From the NCBI GenBank assembly GCA_965242505.1, contig OZ251449.1:2803843-2867842 (forward strand): a stretch of 64,000 nucleotides of DNA. The letters are read 5' to 3'. The translations under genes and the position numbers were made by a program. Source of the DNA: Alphaproteobacteria bacterium (lineage in GTDB: Bacteria; Pseudomonadota; Alphaproteobacteria; UBA2966). Under the pieces are notes generated by a model that had not been told where the DNA came from, made no database searches, and saw only the letters and a program-made list of their open reading frames with translations. Shown piece after piece: positions 9,259-18,582 of this stretch (position 1 is its first letter; every line of letters begins with the position of its first letter).

Positions 9259-9630
9259 ATGGACGAATACCAGGCCGCCACGCTTGCGATCCGGACCTAC
9301 GCCCTCTGGGCCGCCTACGGACAGGTCGCCGCCACCCTCGTGATCGGCAGCGGCCAGATCGCCGTCGTCTTGTACGGCATCCGCGCCATGATCCGCGCCA
9401 ACAGGGAACGCGCCGTCATCCTCGACCAACAGCATCAGGCCGACGACAAGCGCCACGAGGAGGCCATGGCCGAGGGGGCCCGCCGCCACGAGGAGGCCAT
9501 GGCGGCGCTCGCCGAACTGGTCCGGGACGGCCGGCGCCAGACCGCCGCCCTCGACGAATCGATCCGGGCCAGCCAACGCCAGACCGCGGCCCTCGACGAA
9601 CTGCTCCGCCGCTCCGCGCCCGCCGAGTGA
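9259..9630 (+). CDS. Small membrane protein (123 aa): N-terminal TM helix plus a cytoplasmic coiled coil with internal duplications (HEEAMA x2, RQTAALDE x2)
   Basis: AAGGGAGAgccgcc-ATG RBS. MDEYQAATLAIRTYALWAAYGQVAATLVIGSGQIAVVLYGIRAMI... The upstream part of the track ORF has no RBS. Confidence 0.5.
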   Translation: MDEYQAATLAIRTYALWAAYGQVAATLVIGSGQIAVVLYGIRAMIRANRERAVILDQQHQADDKRHEEAMAEGARRHEEAMAALAELVRDGRRQTAALDESIRASQRQTAALDELLRRSAPAE

Positions 9631-9654
9631 CGCTCCGAAGCGAAGGCGGGGGCG

Positions 9655-9720
9655 GTCCGCCCCCCTCCCGACCTCCCCCCTGTTAGGGGGAGGAGTATTG
9701 GGTGGTCAGGGGGGAGAGGC
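9655..9720. repeat. REP-like element (type A variant, ctcccccctgttagggggaggag)
   Basis: cccccctcccgacctcccccctgttagggggaggagtattgggtggtcaggggggagagg. Confidence 0.6.
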
Positions 9721-9746
9721 GTCGGGGAGGAGAGCGCGGGGGGCGT

Positions 9747-11003
9747 TCAGGTGTTCATCGAGTCGAAGAAGTCGGAGTTGTTCTTCGTCTGCTTGAGCTT
9801 GTCGAGCAGGAACTCCATGGCGTCCGTAATTCCCATCGGCATCAGGATGCGCCGCAACACCCACATCTTCGAGAGCGCCGCCTTGTCGACGAGCAGCTCC
9901 TCCTTGCGGGTGCCGGACTTGGTGACGTCCATCGCCGGCCACGTCCGCTTGTCGGAGAGCTTGCGGTCCAGGATGATCTCGGAATTCCCCGTCCCCTTGA
10001 ACTCCTCGAAGATGACCTCGTCCATCCGGCTGCCGGTGTCGACCAGCGCGGTGGCGACGATGGTCAGCGAGCCGCCCTGCTCGATGTTGCGGGCCGCGCC
10101 GAAGAACCGCTTCGGCCGTTGCAGGGCGTTGGCGTCCACGCCGCCGGTCAACACCTTGCCCGACGAGGGAACGACCGTGTTGTAGGCGCGGGCCAGACGG
10201 GTGATCGAATCCAGCAGGATCACCACGTCCCGCTTGTGCTCGACCAGACGCTTGGCCTTGGAGATCACCATCTCCGTGACCTGCACGTGCCGGGACGCCG
10301 GCTCGTCGAAGGTCGAGCTGATCACCTCGCCGTCGACCGACCGCTGCATGTCGGTCACCTCCTCGGGCCGCTCGTCTATCAGGAGGACGATGAGATAGAC
10401 CTCCGGATGGTTGGCGGTGATCGAGTGGGCGATGTTCTGCAACATCATCGTCTTGCCCGTCCGGGGCGGCGCCACGATGAGCGCCCGCTGCCCCTTCCCC
10501 AGCGGCGCGATCAGGTCGATCACCCGCGAGCTCATGTCCTGGCCCGCGGGATCTCCGGTCTCCAGGTTGACCTTCTCCTCCGGATACAGCGGCGTGAGAT
10601 TGTCGAAGTTGACCTTCTGCCGACCCTTCTCCGGGGCCTCGAAGTTGACGTCGTTGACCTTCAGCAGCGCGAAGTAACGCTCGCCGTCCTTCGGAGCCCT
10701 GATGGGCCCCGCCACCGTGTCTCCCGTCCGCAGGGCGAAACGCCGGATCTGGCTGGGCGAGACGTAGATGTCGTCGGGGCCGGGAAGGTAGTTGGCCTCC
10801 GGCGACCGGAGGAACCCGAAACCGTCCTGCAGGATCTCGAGCACCCCGCCTCCCGAGATCTCCTCGTCCTTGTCCGCGAGCTGCTTGAGGATCGCGAACA
10901 TCATGTCCTGCGTCCGCATCGCGCTCGCGTTCTCGACCTCGAGCTCCTCCGCGAACGCGAGGAGATCGGTGGGCGACTTCTTCTTCAGTTCCTGTAGATG
11001 CAT
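9747..11003 (-). CDS. rho: Transcription termination factor Rho (418 aa)
   Basis: [41 protein letters not shown] (N-terminal domain), Walker [13 protein letters not shown], and the C-terminus ...DFFDSMNT. Start was taken at MHLQ; the first 68 aa of the track ORF are upstream read-through. Confidence 0.95.
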   Translation of the reverse strand: MHLQELKKKSPTDLLAFAEELEVENASAMRTQDMMFAILKQLADKDEEISGGGVLEILQDGFGFLRSPEANYLPGPDDIYVSPSQIRRFALRTGDTVAGPIRAPKDGERYFALLKVNDVNFEAPEKGRQKVNFDNLTPLYPEEKVNLETGDPAGQDMSSRVIDLIAPLGKGQRALIVAPPRTGKTMMLQNIAHSITANHPEVYLIVLLIDERPEEVTDMQRSVDGEVISSTFDEPASRHVQVTEMVISKAKRLVEHKRDVVILLDSITRLARAYNTVVPSSGKVLTGGVDANALQRPKRFFGAARNIEQGGSLTIVATALVDTGSRMDEVIFEEFKGTGNSEIILDRKLSDKRTWPAMDVTKSGTRKEELLVDKAALSKMWVLRRILMPMGITDAMEFLLDKLKQTKNNSDFFDSMNT

Positions 11004-11239
11004 GGCCAGCCTATTCGGACTCGACGGTCGCGCGCGAGGCCTCGGGTTCGATGACAGGATACGCGTCGATCGATGCCGGGACGGGCGGATGTCTGAGAGA
11101 TTCGGGGCGGGAGCGGATTGCCCAGCCATCCCGCCGAAGATCGGCCCGACAGGGTTAACCGAAGACGACGCGGGAGTCAAAAGGAAAATTCGGCCCGCGT
11201 TTTTCATGTCGGCGCTGGCGGAGAATCGAGGAGCGCGGC

Positions 11240-11440
11240 GTTGCGGGACCCCCCTCCCGACCTCCCCCCTGCCAGGGGGGAGGAGTATCAGTGGGGCTCC
11301 CCCCTGTCATGGGGGAGGAGTATGAATGGCCAGGGGGAGGAGCGCCGACGGCTCCTCCCGTCCTCCTCGTTCTCCCTCTCCCTGGCAGGGGGAGGGTCGG
11401 GGTGGGGGTCGCGCCAGGGGGGAGGAGCATGGATGGCTCC
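11240..11440. repeat. Cluster of REP-like elements (type A x3 and type B ccctccccctgccagggggaggg) in the rho upstream / hemJ downstream spacer
   Basis: ctcccccctgccaggggggaggagtatcagtggggctcccccctgtcatgggggaggagtatgaatggccagggggagg... ccctggcagggggagggtcggggtgggggtcgcgccaggggggagg. Confidence 0.7.
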
Positions 11441-11441
11441 G

Positions 11442-11888
11442 TCACCACGGTTTGACGACGACGACGACGACGGTCGCGATCAGGAGCAGCGTGGGGACCT
11501 CGTTCGCCGCGCGGTAGAAGTTCCGCGAACGGCGGTTGGCGTCGTCCGCGAAGCGCCTCCGCCACCGGGCGAAAAGCCCGTGGACGGCCGTCATGGCGGC
11601 GATCAGCGCCGCCTTCGCCCAGGGCCACGCGTCCGACCAGTCGACGACCCCCGGAGTCACGGCCAGCGCGCCGCCGAACAGGAAAGCGCAGAGCATCGCC
11701 GGGTTCATGACGCCCCGCAGCAGCCTGCGCTCCATCGTCTTGAAGGTCTCCGACTGCGCGGACCCCGCCTCCGCGTCGCAGTGATAGACGTAGAGGCGCG
11801 GCAGGTAGAGCATGCCCGCCATCCACGCGATCACCGAAACGACGTGGAGGGCCTTGATCCACAGGTAGGCGCCGGCGAGCCAGGTCAC
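11442..11888 (-). CDS. hemJ: Protoporphyrinogen IX oxidase HemJ (148 aa)
   Basis: ..AYLWIKALHVVSVIAWMAGMLYLPRLYVYH.. is the HemJ signature. The GTG start overlaps the hemH stop (GTGA). It is the third gene of the hemE-hemH-hemJ unit. Confidence 0.8.
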   Translation of the reverse strand: MTWLAGAYLWIKALHVVSVIAWMAGMLYLPRLYVYHCDAEAGSAQSETFKTMERRLLRGVMNPAMLCAFLFGGALAVTPGVVDWSDAWPWAKAALIAAMTAVHGLFARWRRRFADDANRRSRNFYRAANEVPTLLLIATVVVVVVKPW

Positions 11889-12964
11889 GCGCCGCCCCCC
11901 TCGCCGGCCGCGGCCATGGCGCAGCGGACGAAGGCCCCGGGGCACGTCCGGCCGCCGGTCGCCGACCGGATCCGGCGGACCGGACCGGCCGCGCCGGCGC
12001 CGTCCTCCGGCGGGCCGGCGGCCAGCGCGGCCAGCCCCTCCATGAACTTCGGGTGGGTCCGGACCGCGGCCGCCCGTTCGTAGGCCGGCGCGCCGGCCGA
12101 TTCGGCCAGCCGCCGATACTGGATATCGAGCTCCACGAGAGTCTCCGAATGTTCGGAGACGAACGAGACGGGGACGACGACGATCGGCAGGCCCTCCGCC
12201 CCGGCGCGCTCGGTCTCCGCCGCCGTGTCCGGTCCGATCCATCGCAGCGGACCCACGCGGCTCTGGTAGCACACGACCCAGGACCCCGCCGCGACGTTCG
12301 CCTTCCCGGCCACCGCCGCCGCCGTCCGCTCGACCTGCCACCGGTACGGGTCGCCGCCGGCGACGACCCGCCGCGGCAGGCCGTGCGCCGAGAACAGGAC
12401 GCGCGGTTCCCGCCCGCCGCTCGCCAGGGCGCACCGCGACATCGCTTCCGCAAGGGTCTCCGCCTGGGCCGAGACGAAGCCCTCGTCGGTCGGGTAGCAG
12501 CACACGGCCGTCGTGGGCGCGTCGATCCCCGCGGCCCGCGCGGCCCGCCGCCACGCCTCCAGCGCCGACGCCGTCGTCGTCGTCGAGAACTGCGGGTAGA
12601 GGGGCAGCAGGCGCACCCGGTCGGGCGCGTAGCGGGCCACGTCGCGCGCCGCCTCCTCGCTGAAGGGACGCCAGTGGCGCATCGCGACGAAGACGCGGTA
12701 CTCCCCGCGCCCGTCCAGAACGCCCTGCAACGCCTGCGCCTGCGCCCGGGTCTCCTTGAGGATCGGCGACGCGCCGCCCAGCTCGGCGTAGATCCGGGCC
12801 GCCTCGGGCGCCCTGCGCCTCGCGATCCACCGCGCGAGCGGAACCCGCAGGGGACCCGGCATCCGCAGGATCGCGGGATCCGCGAAGAGGTTGGCCAGGA
12901 AGGGGCGCACGGCCGCAGGACCGTCCGGCCCGCCCAGATTGAACAGGACCACCGCCGTCTTCAA
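11885..12964 (-). CDS. hemH: Ferrochelatase (359 aa)
   Basis: (M)KTAVVLFNLGGPDGPAAVRPFLANLFADPAIL..., ...YQSRVGPLRWIGPDT... The probable TTG start overlaps the hemE stop (TTGA), and there is no in-frame ATG or GTG nearby. Confidence 0.85.
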   Translation of the reverse strand: MKTAVVLFNLGGPDGPAAVRPFLANLFADPAILRMPGPLRVPLARWIARRRAPEAARIYAELGGASPILKETRAQAQALQGVLDGRGEYRVFVAMRHWRPFSEEAARDVARYAPDRVRLLPLYPQFSTTTTASALEAWRRAARAAGIDAPTTAVCCYPTDEGFVSAQAETLAEAMSRCALASGGREPRVLFSAHGLPRRVVAGGDPYRWQVERTAAAVAGKANVAAGSWVVCYQSRVGPLRWIGPDTAAETERAGAEGLPIVVVPVSFVSEHSETLVELDIQYRRLAESAGAPAYERAAAVRTHPKFMEGLAALAAGPPEDGAGAAGPVRRIRSATGGRTCPGAFVRCAMAAAGEGGGA

Positions 12965-14025
12965 GACGCGCGCACCGCCGCCACCAGGTCCGCGACGTGC
13001 CCGGGCGGCGTCGTCTTGAGCACGCCATGCCCCAGGTTGAAGACGAACGGCCCCCGGCCGAGAACGGACACGATCTCCCGGGCGCGCGCGGCCATCGCCT
13101 CCCCGCCCTCCAGCAGCGCAACGGGATCGAGGTTCCCCTGCACGGCGCAGACGCCCTGAAGGACGTCCGCCGCCCAGCACAACGGAACCGAGCCGTCGAT
13201 GCCGACCGCGTCGACGCCCGTCGCCCTGGCATAGGCCTCGTATCCCGTCCCGGCGCCGCGCGGGAACCCGATGACGGGAACTCCGGGGCATCGCCGGCGC
13301 ACGCGCGAAACGATCTCCGCGACCGGCTCCACGCACCAGCGGACGAACTGCGCCGGCGGCAGGACCCCCGCCCAGGTGTCGAATATCTGGAGGACGTCGG
13401 CCCCGGCGTCGGCCTGGGCGGCGAGGTGCTCGGCGGTCGCGTCGACGAGGACGTCGACGAGCTCGCCGAACCCCCCTTCGTCAGAGAAGGCCCAGCCCTT
13501 CACGGCGGCGAAGTCGCGGCTGCTTCCCCCTTCCACCATGTAGGTCGCGACGGTCCACGGAGCGCCGGCGAACCCGATCAACGGGACCGCGTCCGGCAAC
13601 ACGAGGGACACCCGCTCCAGAACGGCGTACACGAACGACAGGCGCTCGCCGAGGCCGTCCCGGTCGAGACTCTTCAACCGTTCGCGCGAGCGGATGGCGT
13701 CCAGGACCGGGCCTCTCTCCTCCTCGAACCTCACGCCCTGCCCCAGGGCGTGGGGGACGACCAGGATGTCGGAGAAGACGATCGCGGCGTCCAGCCCGAA
13801 CCGCCGGACGGGCTGGAGCGTCGCCTCGGTCGCGAGCTCCGGCGAGCGGCACAGCGCGAGAAAGCCGCCGGCCGCCTTCCTGAGCTCCCGGTATTCGGGC
13901 AGATACCGGCCGGCCTGCCGCATCAGCCAGATGGGCGGCGGCGAGACGGCCTCGCCGCCGAGCGCCCTCAGGAGCGGCCCGCCGCGGTTCCCGGCGCGCG
14001 CGTTCGAACGAGCAGGCGTGTTCAT
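12961..14025 (-). CDS. hemE: Uroporphyrinogen decarboxylase (354 aa)
   Basis: MNTPARS...PPIWLMRQAGRYLPEYRELR... Upstream residues of the 836-aa track ORF are REP read-through and antisense IS. Confidence 0.9.
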   Translation of the reverse strand: MNTPARSNARAGNRGGPLLRALGGEAVSPPPIWLMRQAGRYLPEYRELRKAAGGFLALCRSPELATEATLQPVRRFGLDAAIVFSDILVVPHALGQGVRFEEERGPVLDAIRSRERLKSLDRDGLGERLSFVYAVLERVSLVLPDAVPLIGFAGAPWTVATYMVEGGSSRDFAAVKGWAFSDEGGFGELVDVLVDATAEHLAAQADAGADVLQIFDTWAGVLPPAQFVRWCVEPVAEIVSRVRRRCPGVPVIGFPRGAGTGYEAYARATGVDAVGIDGSVPLCWAADVLQGVCAVQGNLDPVALLEGGEAMAARAREIVSVLGRGPFVFNLGHGVLKTTPPGHVADLVAAVRAS

Positions 14026-14039
14026 CCATCGCAGGGTAA

Positions 14040-14410
14040 CGGTCGCGCGCCTGCTCCTCCAGCGGCTTCGTTCGCGCCCCGCTCCGCCGCCGCGACCCCC
14101 ACCCCGACCCTCCCCCTGCAAGGGGGAGGGAAAACGATCAGGGAAGGGAGGGGGAGGAGCCGTTGACGATGACGCCTCTCCCCCCCTGACCATTGATACT
14201 CCTCCCCCCTGACAGGGGGGTCCGCGCGGCCCCGCGACGCCGTTCGCGCTTCGCTCCACCGCCGTGACCCCCACCCCGACCCTCCCCCTGCAAGGGGGAG
14301 GGAGAACGATTGGGGAGGGAAAAGGGAAGGGGCCGTTGACGATGACGCCTCGCCCCCCCCCCTGACCATTCATACTCCTCCCCCCTGACAGGGGGGAGGT
14401 CGGGAGGGGG
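14040..14410. repeat. Cluster of 6 or more REP-like elements (types A and B alternating) between hemE and the IS
   Basis: gacccccaccccgaccctccccctgcaagggggagggaaaacg..., ctcccccctgacaggggggtccgcg..., repeated twice with about 170-bp periodicity. Confidence 0.75.
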
Positions 14411-14423
14411 GTCCGCGGGGTAC

Positions 14424-15748
14424 AGACCGGATAGAAAGGTAACAGTTCAGACCGGATACATGGGTAACAGGTTAGAGGGTTGGTCGGGAGGTGCGGGAGG
14501 TGCGGCCGATGCCTTGGAAGGAGACCTGTCCGATGGACGAGAAGCTGGTTTTCGTTGCCGATTATCTGCGTGGCGAGTGGTCGATGACGGCGCTGTGCGA
14601 GCACTACGGCATCAGTCGCAAGACCGGGTACAAGTGGCTTGGACGGTATCGCGGCGACGGCCCGGAGGGTCTGGTCGAGCGGTCGCGTGCGCCGCGTCGC
14701 CATGGTCGGTCGATGGCGCCGTCGGTGGCCGAGGCGATCGTCGCCTTGCGCCGCACGCGTCCGCACTGGGGTCCGCGCAAGCTGCGGGCGGTGTTGGTGA
14801 GTCAGCGCCCCGAGGTGGCGTGGCCGGCGGCCAGCACGATGGGCGACCTGCTGCGCGCGGAGGGTCTGGTGGCGCGCCGTCGCCGGCGCCGTCGGATGGC
14901 GGCTCCGTGTCGTCCGTTCCGCCCTGTGGCGGCCCCTAACGACGTGTGGTGTATCGACTTCAAGGGGTGGTTTCGCACCCGCGACGGCGTCCGCTGCGAT
15001 CCGCTGACGATCACCGACGCCTACAGCCGCTTTCTGCTGGCGTGCGTCATCGTCCCGCCGCAGACCGCAGCAGTGGGGGCGGCGGTGGGGCGGGTGTTCC
15101 GGCGCTACGGGGTTCCCGAGGCCATCCGTTCGGACAACGGGGCGCCGTTCGCCGGTCCGGGGGCTGGGGGTCTGTCGCGTCTGTCGGTGGAATGGATCAA
15201 GGCCGGGATCGCGGTGGAGCGGATTGCGCGGGGTCAGCCGCAGCAGAACGGGAGGCATGAGCGGATGCATCGGACGTTGAAGGCCGAGACCGCGACGCCG
15301 CCGGCGGCGACGGCGGACGCGCAACAGGCCCGCTTCGACCGCTTCCGCCAGGACTTCAACGCCCATCGTCCGCATGAGGCCTTGGGGCAGAAGCCGCCTG
15401 CGGCGTTCTACCGGTCGTCGGAGCGGCGTCATCCCGAGCGCCTGGAGGAGCCTTGGTACGATGCCGAGCACGCGATGCGCCGGGTCCGCACCGATGGCTC
15501 CATCAAGTGGGGCGGCGACTTGGTCTTCGTCAGCGAGACGCTGAGGGGCGAGCCGGTGGGCGTGGCCGAGACTGACGGGGGCGACTGGATCGTCCGCTTC
15601 GCGGATGTCGACCTCGGGATCATCGATCGGAGGTCGAAGAAGCTACACCGCTTCCGTGCGGCCCGGCCGGGCCGCACGGAAGCGGGACAGACCGGGAACA
15701 CTGTTACCCATGTATCCGGTCTATAGTGTTACCCATCTATCCGGTTGC
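14424..15748 (+). mobile_element. Intact IS481-family insertion sequence (about 1.3 kb) with terminal inverted repeats of about 45-50 bp
   Basis: IRL about 14426-14472 (cagaccggatagaaaggtaacagttcagaccggatacatgggtaacag) and IRR about 15700-15746 (its near-perfect reverse complement). A single transposase ORF lies between them. Confidence 0.85.
14491..15726 (+). CDS. IS481-family transposase (N-terminal HTH plus DDE/rve integrase core), 411 aa
   Basis: ..LCEHYGISRKTGYKWLGRYR (HTH), ..VWCIDFKGWFRTRDGVRCDPLTITDAYSRF..SDNGAPF..MHRTLK (rve). A second start at M7 is possible. Confidence 0.9.
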   Translation: MREVRPMPWKETCPMDEKLVFVADYLRGEWSMTALCEHYGISRKTGYKWLGRYRGDGPEGLVERSRAPRRHGRSMAPSVAEAIVALRRTRPHWGPRKLRAVLVSQRPEVAWPAASTMGDLLRAEGLVARRRRRRRMAAPCRPFRPVAAPNDVWCIDFKGWFRTRDGVRCDPLTITDAYSRFLLACVIVPPQTAAVGAAVGRVFRRYGVPEAIRSDNGAPFAGPGAGGLSRLSVEWIKAGIAVERIARGQPQQNGRHERMHRTLKAETATPPAATADAQQARFDRFRQDFNAHRPHEALGQKPPAAFYRSSERRHPERLEEPWYDAEHAMRRVRTDGSIKWGGDLVFVSETLRGEPVGVAETDGGDWIVRFADVDLGIIDRRSKKLHRFRAARPGRTEAGQTGNTVTHVSGL

Positions 15749-16172
15749 TCACGGCCTCGCGACGCCGTTTGCGCTCCGCTCCTCCGGCATGACCAAAACA
15801 GAATCAGATAGAATAAAAGAGATAGTGGCTGTAGATGCGCGGTGATCCATGGGGATTCTTTTCGGTTCGGGACTTGTCCAGCGGCCGGTCGGGACGCGGT
15901 TCGGGGCGGCGGGCTCCGCGGGAGTCCGCGTGGATATCTTCCGGGAGCCGCGGAACGGGAGGCGGGAGCGGGCGCGTGAAATCCGGTGACAACGTGAACG
16001 CGGTTCGCGGCCCGGCGGGTCGTTCACGTATTCGGATGCGTACGGGACGTTCCGTCCACAGCTTGACGGACCGGGGAGAGGATTCGCGCGTCCGGGGATC
16101 GATTCGCCGGCGGCCCGGCCCGGCGGAGTTGTCCCGATCTTCCGGGCCGGTTGTCCACGGCCCGCGTCTCCC

Positions 16173-17009
16173 ATGCCGAACGGGGCCCGCGCCGCGGTGA
16201 CGACGTTCCATCTGCATCTGGTGTCCGACGCGACCGGCGAGACGCTCATCGGCCTCGCCCAGGCCGTGGTCGCGCAGTTCGACGGCGCGCGGCCGGCGCA
16301 GCACCTGTCGACGCTGGTGCGGAGCGCCGAGCAGGTCGACAAGGTGCTGGCGGAGGTGGACGCCAATCCGGGGATCGTCCTGTTCACCCTGGTCGACGCC
16401 GGGATGCGGGACGCCCTGATCGAGGGCTGCCGGAAGCTCCAGGCGCCGTGCGTCCCGGTCCTGGAGCCGCTGTTCGCGGCGTTCAGCCAGTTTCTCGGCC
16501 AGCAGCCCCGGCACCTGCCGGGCCTTCAGCACGCGCTCGACTCGACCTACTTCGACCGCATCGCGGCGATGGGGTTCTGTCTCGCGCACGACGACGGACA
16601 GTCGCTCGAGACGTTGCGGGAGGCGGACATCGTCCTGGTGGGCGTTTCCCGGACCTCCAAGACGCCCACGTCGGTCTATCTGGCCAACCGGGGCCTGAAG
16701 GTCGCCAACGTTCCCCTGGTTCCCGGCATCCCGGAGCCGCCGGAGCTCGCGGCGCTCGACGGACCCGCCGTCATCGGCCTGACGACCAACCCCGACCGTC
16801 TGGTCCAGCTGCGCCTGAACCGGCTCTCGGTGCTCAACCGCGACGAGGAGACGGACTACGTCGCGCTGGATTCGGTCCGGGAGGAGGTGTCCCGGGCGCG
16901 GAGGATCTTCGCCCGCCACGGCTGGCCGGTCATCGACGTGACGCGGCGGTCCATCGAGGAGACGGCGGCCACGGTCCTGAACATCCACAACGAACGGCGG
17001 CCGGCGTGA
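16173..17009 (+). CDS. ppsR: Pyruvate,phosphate dikinase / PEP synthetase regulatory protein (bifunctional kinase/phosphotransferase, DUF299), 278 aa
   Basis: FHLHLVSDATGETL..., ..VGVSRTSKTPTSVYLANRGLKVANVPLVPG.. (P-loop). Confidence 0.85.
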   Translation: MPNGARAAVTTFHLHLVSDATGETLIGLAQAVVAQFDGARPAQHLSTLVRSAEQVDKVLAEVDANPGIVLFTLVDAGMRDALIEGCRKLQAPCVPVLEPLFAAFSQFLGQQPRHLPGLQHALDSTYFDRIAAMGFCLAHDDGQSLETLREADIVLVGVSRTSKTPTSVYLANRGLKVANVPLVPGIPEPPELAALDGPAVIGLTTNPDRLVQLRLNRLSVLNRDEETDYVALDSVREEVSRARRIFARHGWPVIDVTRRSIEETAATVLNIHNERRPA

Positions 17010-17605
17010 GCGCGCGCCGCGCTCTCGTGCTCGCCAGCGCGAGCGCCGTCAGGCGCCGCCTCCTCGGGAACGCGGGCCTCGCCTTCGAGGTCGACCCCGC
17101 CGGGATCGACGAGTCCGGGATCAAGGCGGAACGCCGCGCCGCGGCCGCGCCGGAGGTCGCGAAGGCGCTCGCCGAAGCCAAGGCGCTGGCCGTGTCGCGC
17201 CGCCGGCCCGAGGCCTGGGTGATCGGCGCCGACCAGGTCCTGGCGTTCCAGGGTGCCTTCCTCGACAAGCCCCGGGACATGGCGGAGGCCGCGTCCCGCC
17301 TGCGCCGCTTCCGGGGCCGGTCCCACGATCTCGTAAGCGCGGTCTGCGTGGCGTCCGGAGGGCGGCCGCGGTGGCTGTATTCGGAGGCCGCCACGCTGCA
17401 CGTCCGGGACTTCTCGGACGCCTTCCTCGATGCGCACATCGCCGACGCCGGCGAGGGCGTCCTCGCCTCGGTCGGCGCCTACCGGCTGGAGGGGCCGGGC
17501 GCGCAGCTGTTCTCCAGGATCGACGGGGACTACTTCACCGTGCTGGGGCTCCCGCTGCTGCCGCTCCTCGGCTTCCTGCGCGGGGCGGGGGCGGTCGCGG
17601 CATGA
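17006..17605 (+). CDS. maf: Maf-like nucleoside-triphosphate pyrophosphatase (199 aa)
   Basis: GTG start overlaps the ppsR stop (GTGA). LVLASASAVRRRLLGNAGLAFEVDPAGIDES..., ..VIGADQVLAF..KP... It is the C-terminal portion of a 484-aa composite track ORF. Confidence 0.8.
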   Translation: MSARRALVLASASAVRRRLLGNAGLAFEVDPAGIDESGIKAERRAAAAPEVAKALAEAKALAVSRRRPEAWVIGADQVLAFQGAFLDKPRDMAEAASRLRRFRGRSHDLVSAVCVASGGRPRWLYSEAATLHVRDFSDAFLDAHIADAGEGVLASVGAYRLEGPGAQLFSRIDGDYFTVLGLPLLPLLGFLRGAGAVAA

Positions 17606-18471
17606 GGAACTCCGCCGCGGGACGGATCGCCGGCATCTTCGGCTGGCCCGTCGCGCACTCGCGCTCGCCGGTCCTTCACGGGTTCTGGCTGGACCTGCAC
17701 GGAATCGACGGCGCCTACGTGCCGCTCGCCGTCGCGCCGGAGCACTTCGAGCAGGCGCTCCGCGTCCTGCCGAAGCTGGGGTTTGCCGGCGCCAACGTCA
17801 CCGTCCCGCACAAGGAAGCGGCCCTGGCGGCGGTGGACGAGGCGGACGAGGCGGCCCGGAGGATCGGCGCCGTCAACACCGTCGTGGTCCGCGGGGACGG
17901 CAGCCTCCGCGGATCGAACACCGACGGCTTCGGGTTCCTCGAGAACCTGCGCGAGTCGGCGCCGGAGTGGACGCCGGCCGGCGGCCCCGCGGTCGTCGTC
18001 GGCGCCGGCGGCGCGGCGCGGGCCATCGCGTTCGCGCTCGCCGACGGCGGCGCGCCCGAGGTCAGGATCGTCAACCGGTCGGCGGCGCGGGCCGACGCCC
18101 TGGCCGGCGAACTGGGACCCGCGGCGCGGGCGTGGCCGTGGGCCGACCGCGCCGGGGCGCTGAACGAAGCCGGGCTGCTGGCCAACGCCACGAAGCTCGG
18201 CATGAAGGGCGAAGCGCCCCTCGACCTGCCGCTCGACGCTCTGCCGCGGGAGGCCGTCGTCACCGACGCCGTCTACGTCCCCCTGCATACCGCTCTTCTC
18301 GCCGGGGCGGCGGCGCGCGGCAACCGCGTCGTCGACGGGCTGGGGATGTTGCTGCACCAGGCGCGGCCGGGATTCGAGGCCTGGTTCGGGGTGGCGCCCG
18401 CGGTCACCGGCGAACTGCGCGCCCGCGTCGAGGCCGACCTGGCCCGCGTTTCTCATGCTCCTTCCCTCTGA
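17602..18471 (+). CDS. aroE: Shikimate dehydrogenase (289 aa)
   Basis: The ATG overlaps the maf stop (ATGA). ..IFGWPVAHSRSPVLHGFW..., ..NVTVPHKEAA.., VVVGAGGAARAIAFAL.. Confidence 0.9.
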   Translation: MRNSAAGRIAGIFGWPVAHSRSPVLHGFWLDLHGIDGAYVPLAVAPEHFEQALRVLPKLGFAGANVTVPHKEAALAAVDEADEAARRIGAVNTVVVRGDGSLRGSNTDGFGFLENLRESAPEWTPAGGPAVVVGAGGAARAIAFALADGGAPEVRIVNRSAARADALAGELGPAARAWPWADRAGALNEAGLLANATKLGMKGEAPLDLPLDALPREAVVTDAVYVPLHTALLAGAAARGNRVVDGLGMLLHQARPGFEAWFGVAPAVTGELRARVEADLARVSHAPSL

Positions 18472-18477
18472 CGCCGC

Positions 18478-18545
18478 GACCCCCACCCCGACCCTCCCCC
18501 TGCAAGGGGGAGGGAGAACGTATGGGAGAGGTCGGGAGGGGGGTG
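18478..18545. repeat. REP-like element (type B)
   Basis: gacccccaccccgaccctccccctgcaagggggagggagaacg. Confidence 0.7.
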
Positions 18546-18582
18546 GGCCGCGGCCGCGCGGCGCCGCGCGATCGTCGATCCC

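Noticed and set aside
12961-15471. 836-aa minus ORF suggesting a giant HemE fusion protein
   Set aside because: This is a chimeric reading. Only the C-terminal 354 aa are HemE; the rest is REP read-through and the antisense strand of the IS481 transposase.
15760-16170. ORFs 15835..16200(+) and 15749..16387(-) in the IS / ppsR spacer
   Set aside because: Both are Arg/Ser/Gly-rich with no RBS and overlap each other. The region is better explained as the promoter and 5' region of the ppsR-maf-aroE-coaE-dnaQ operon, with an AT-rich patch at 15790-15830 next to the IS end.
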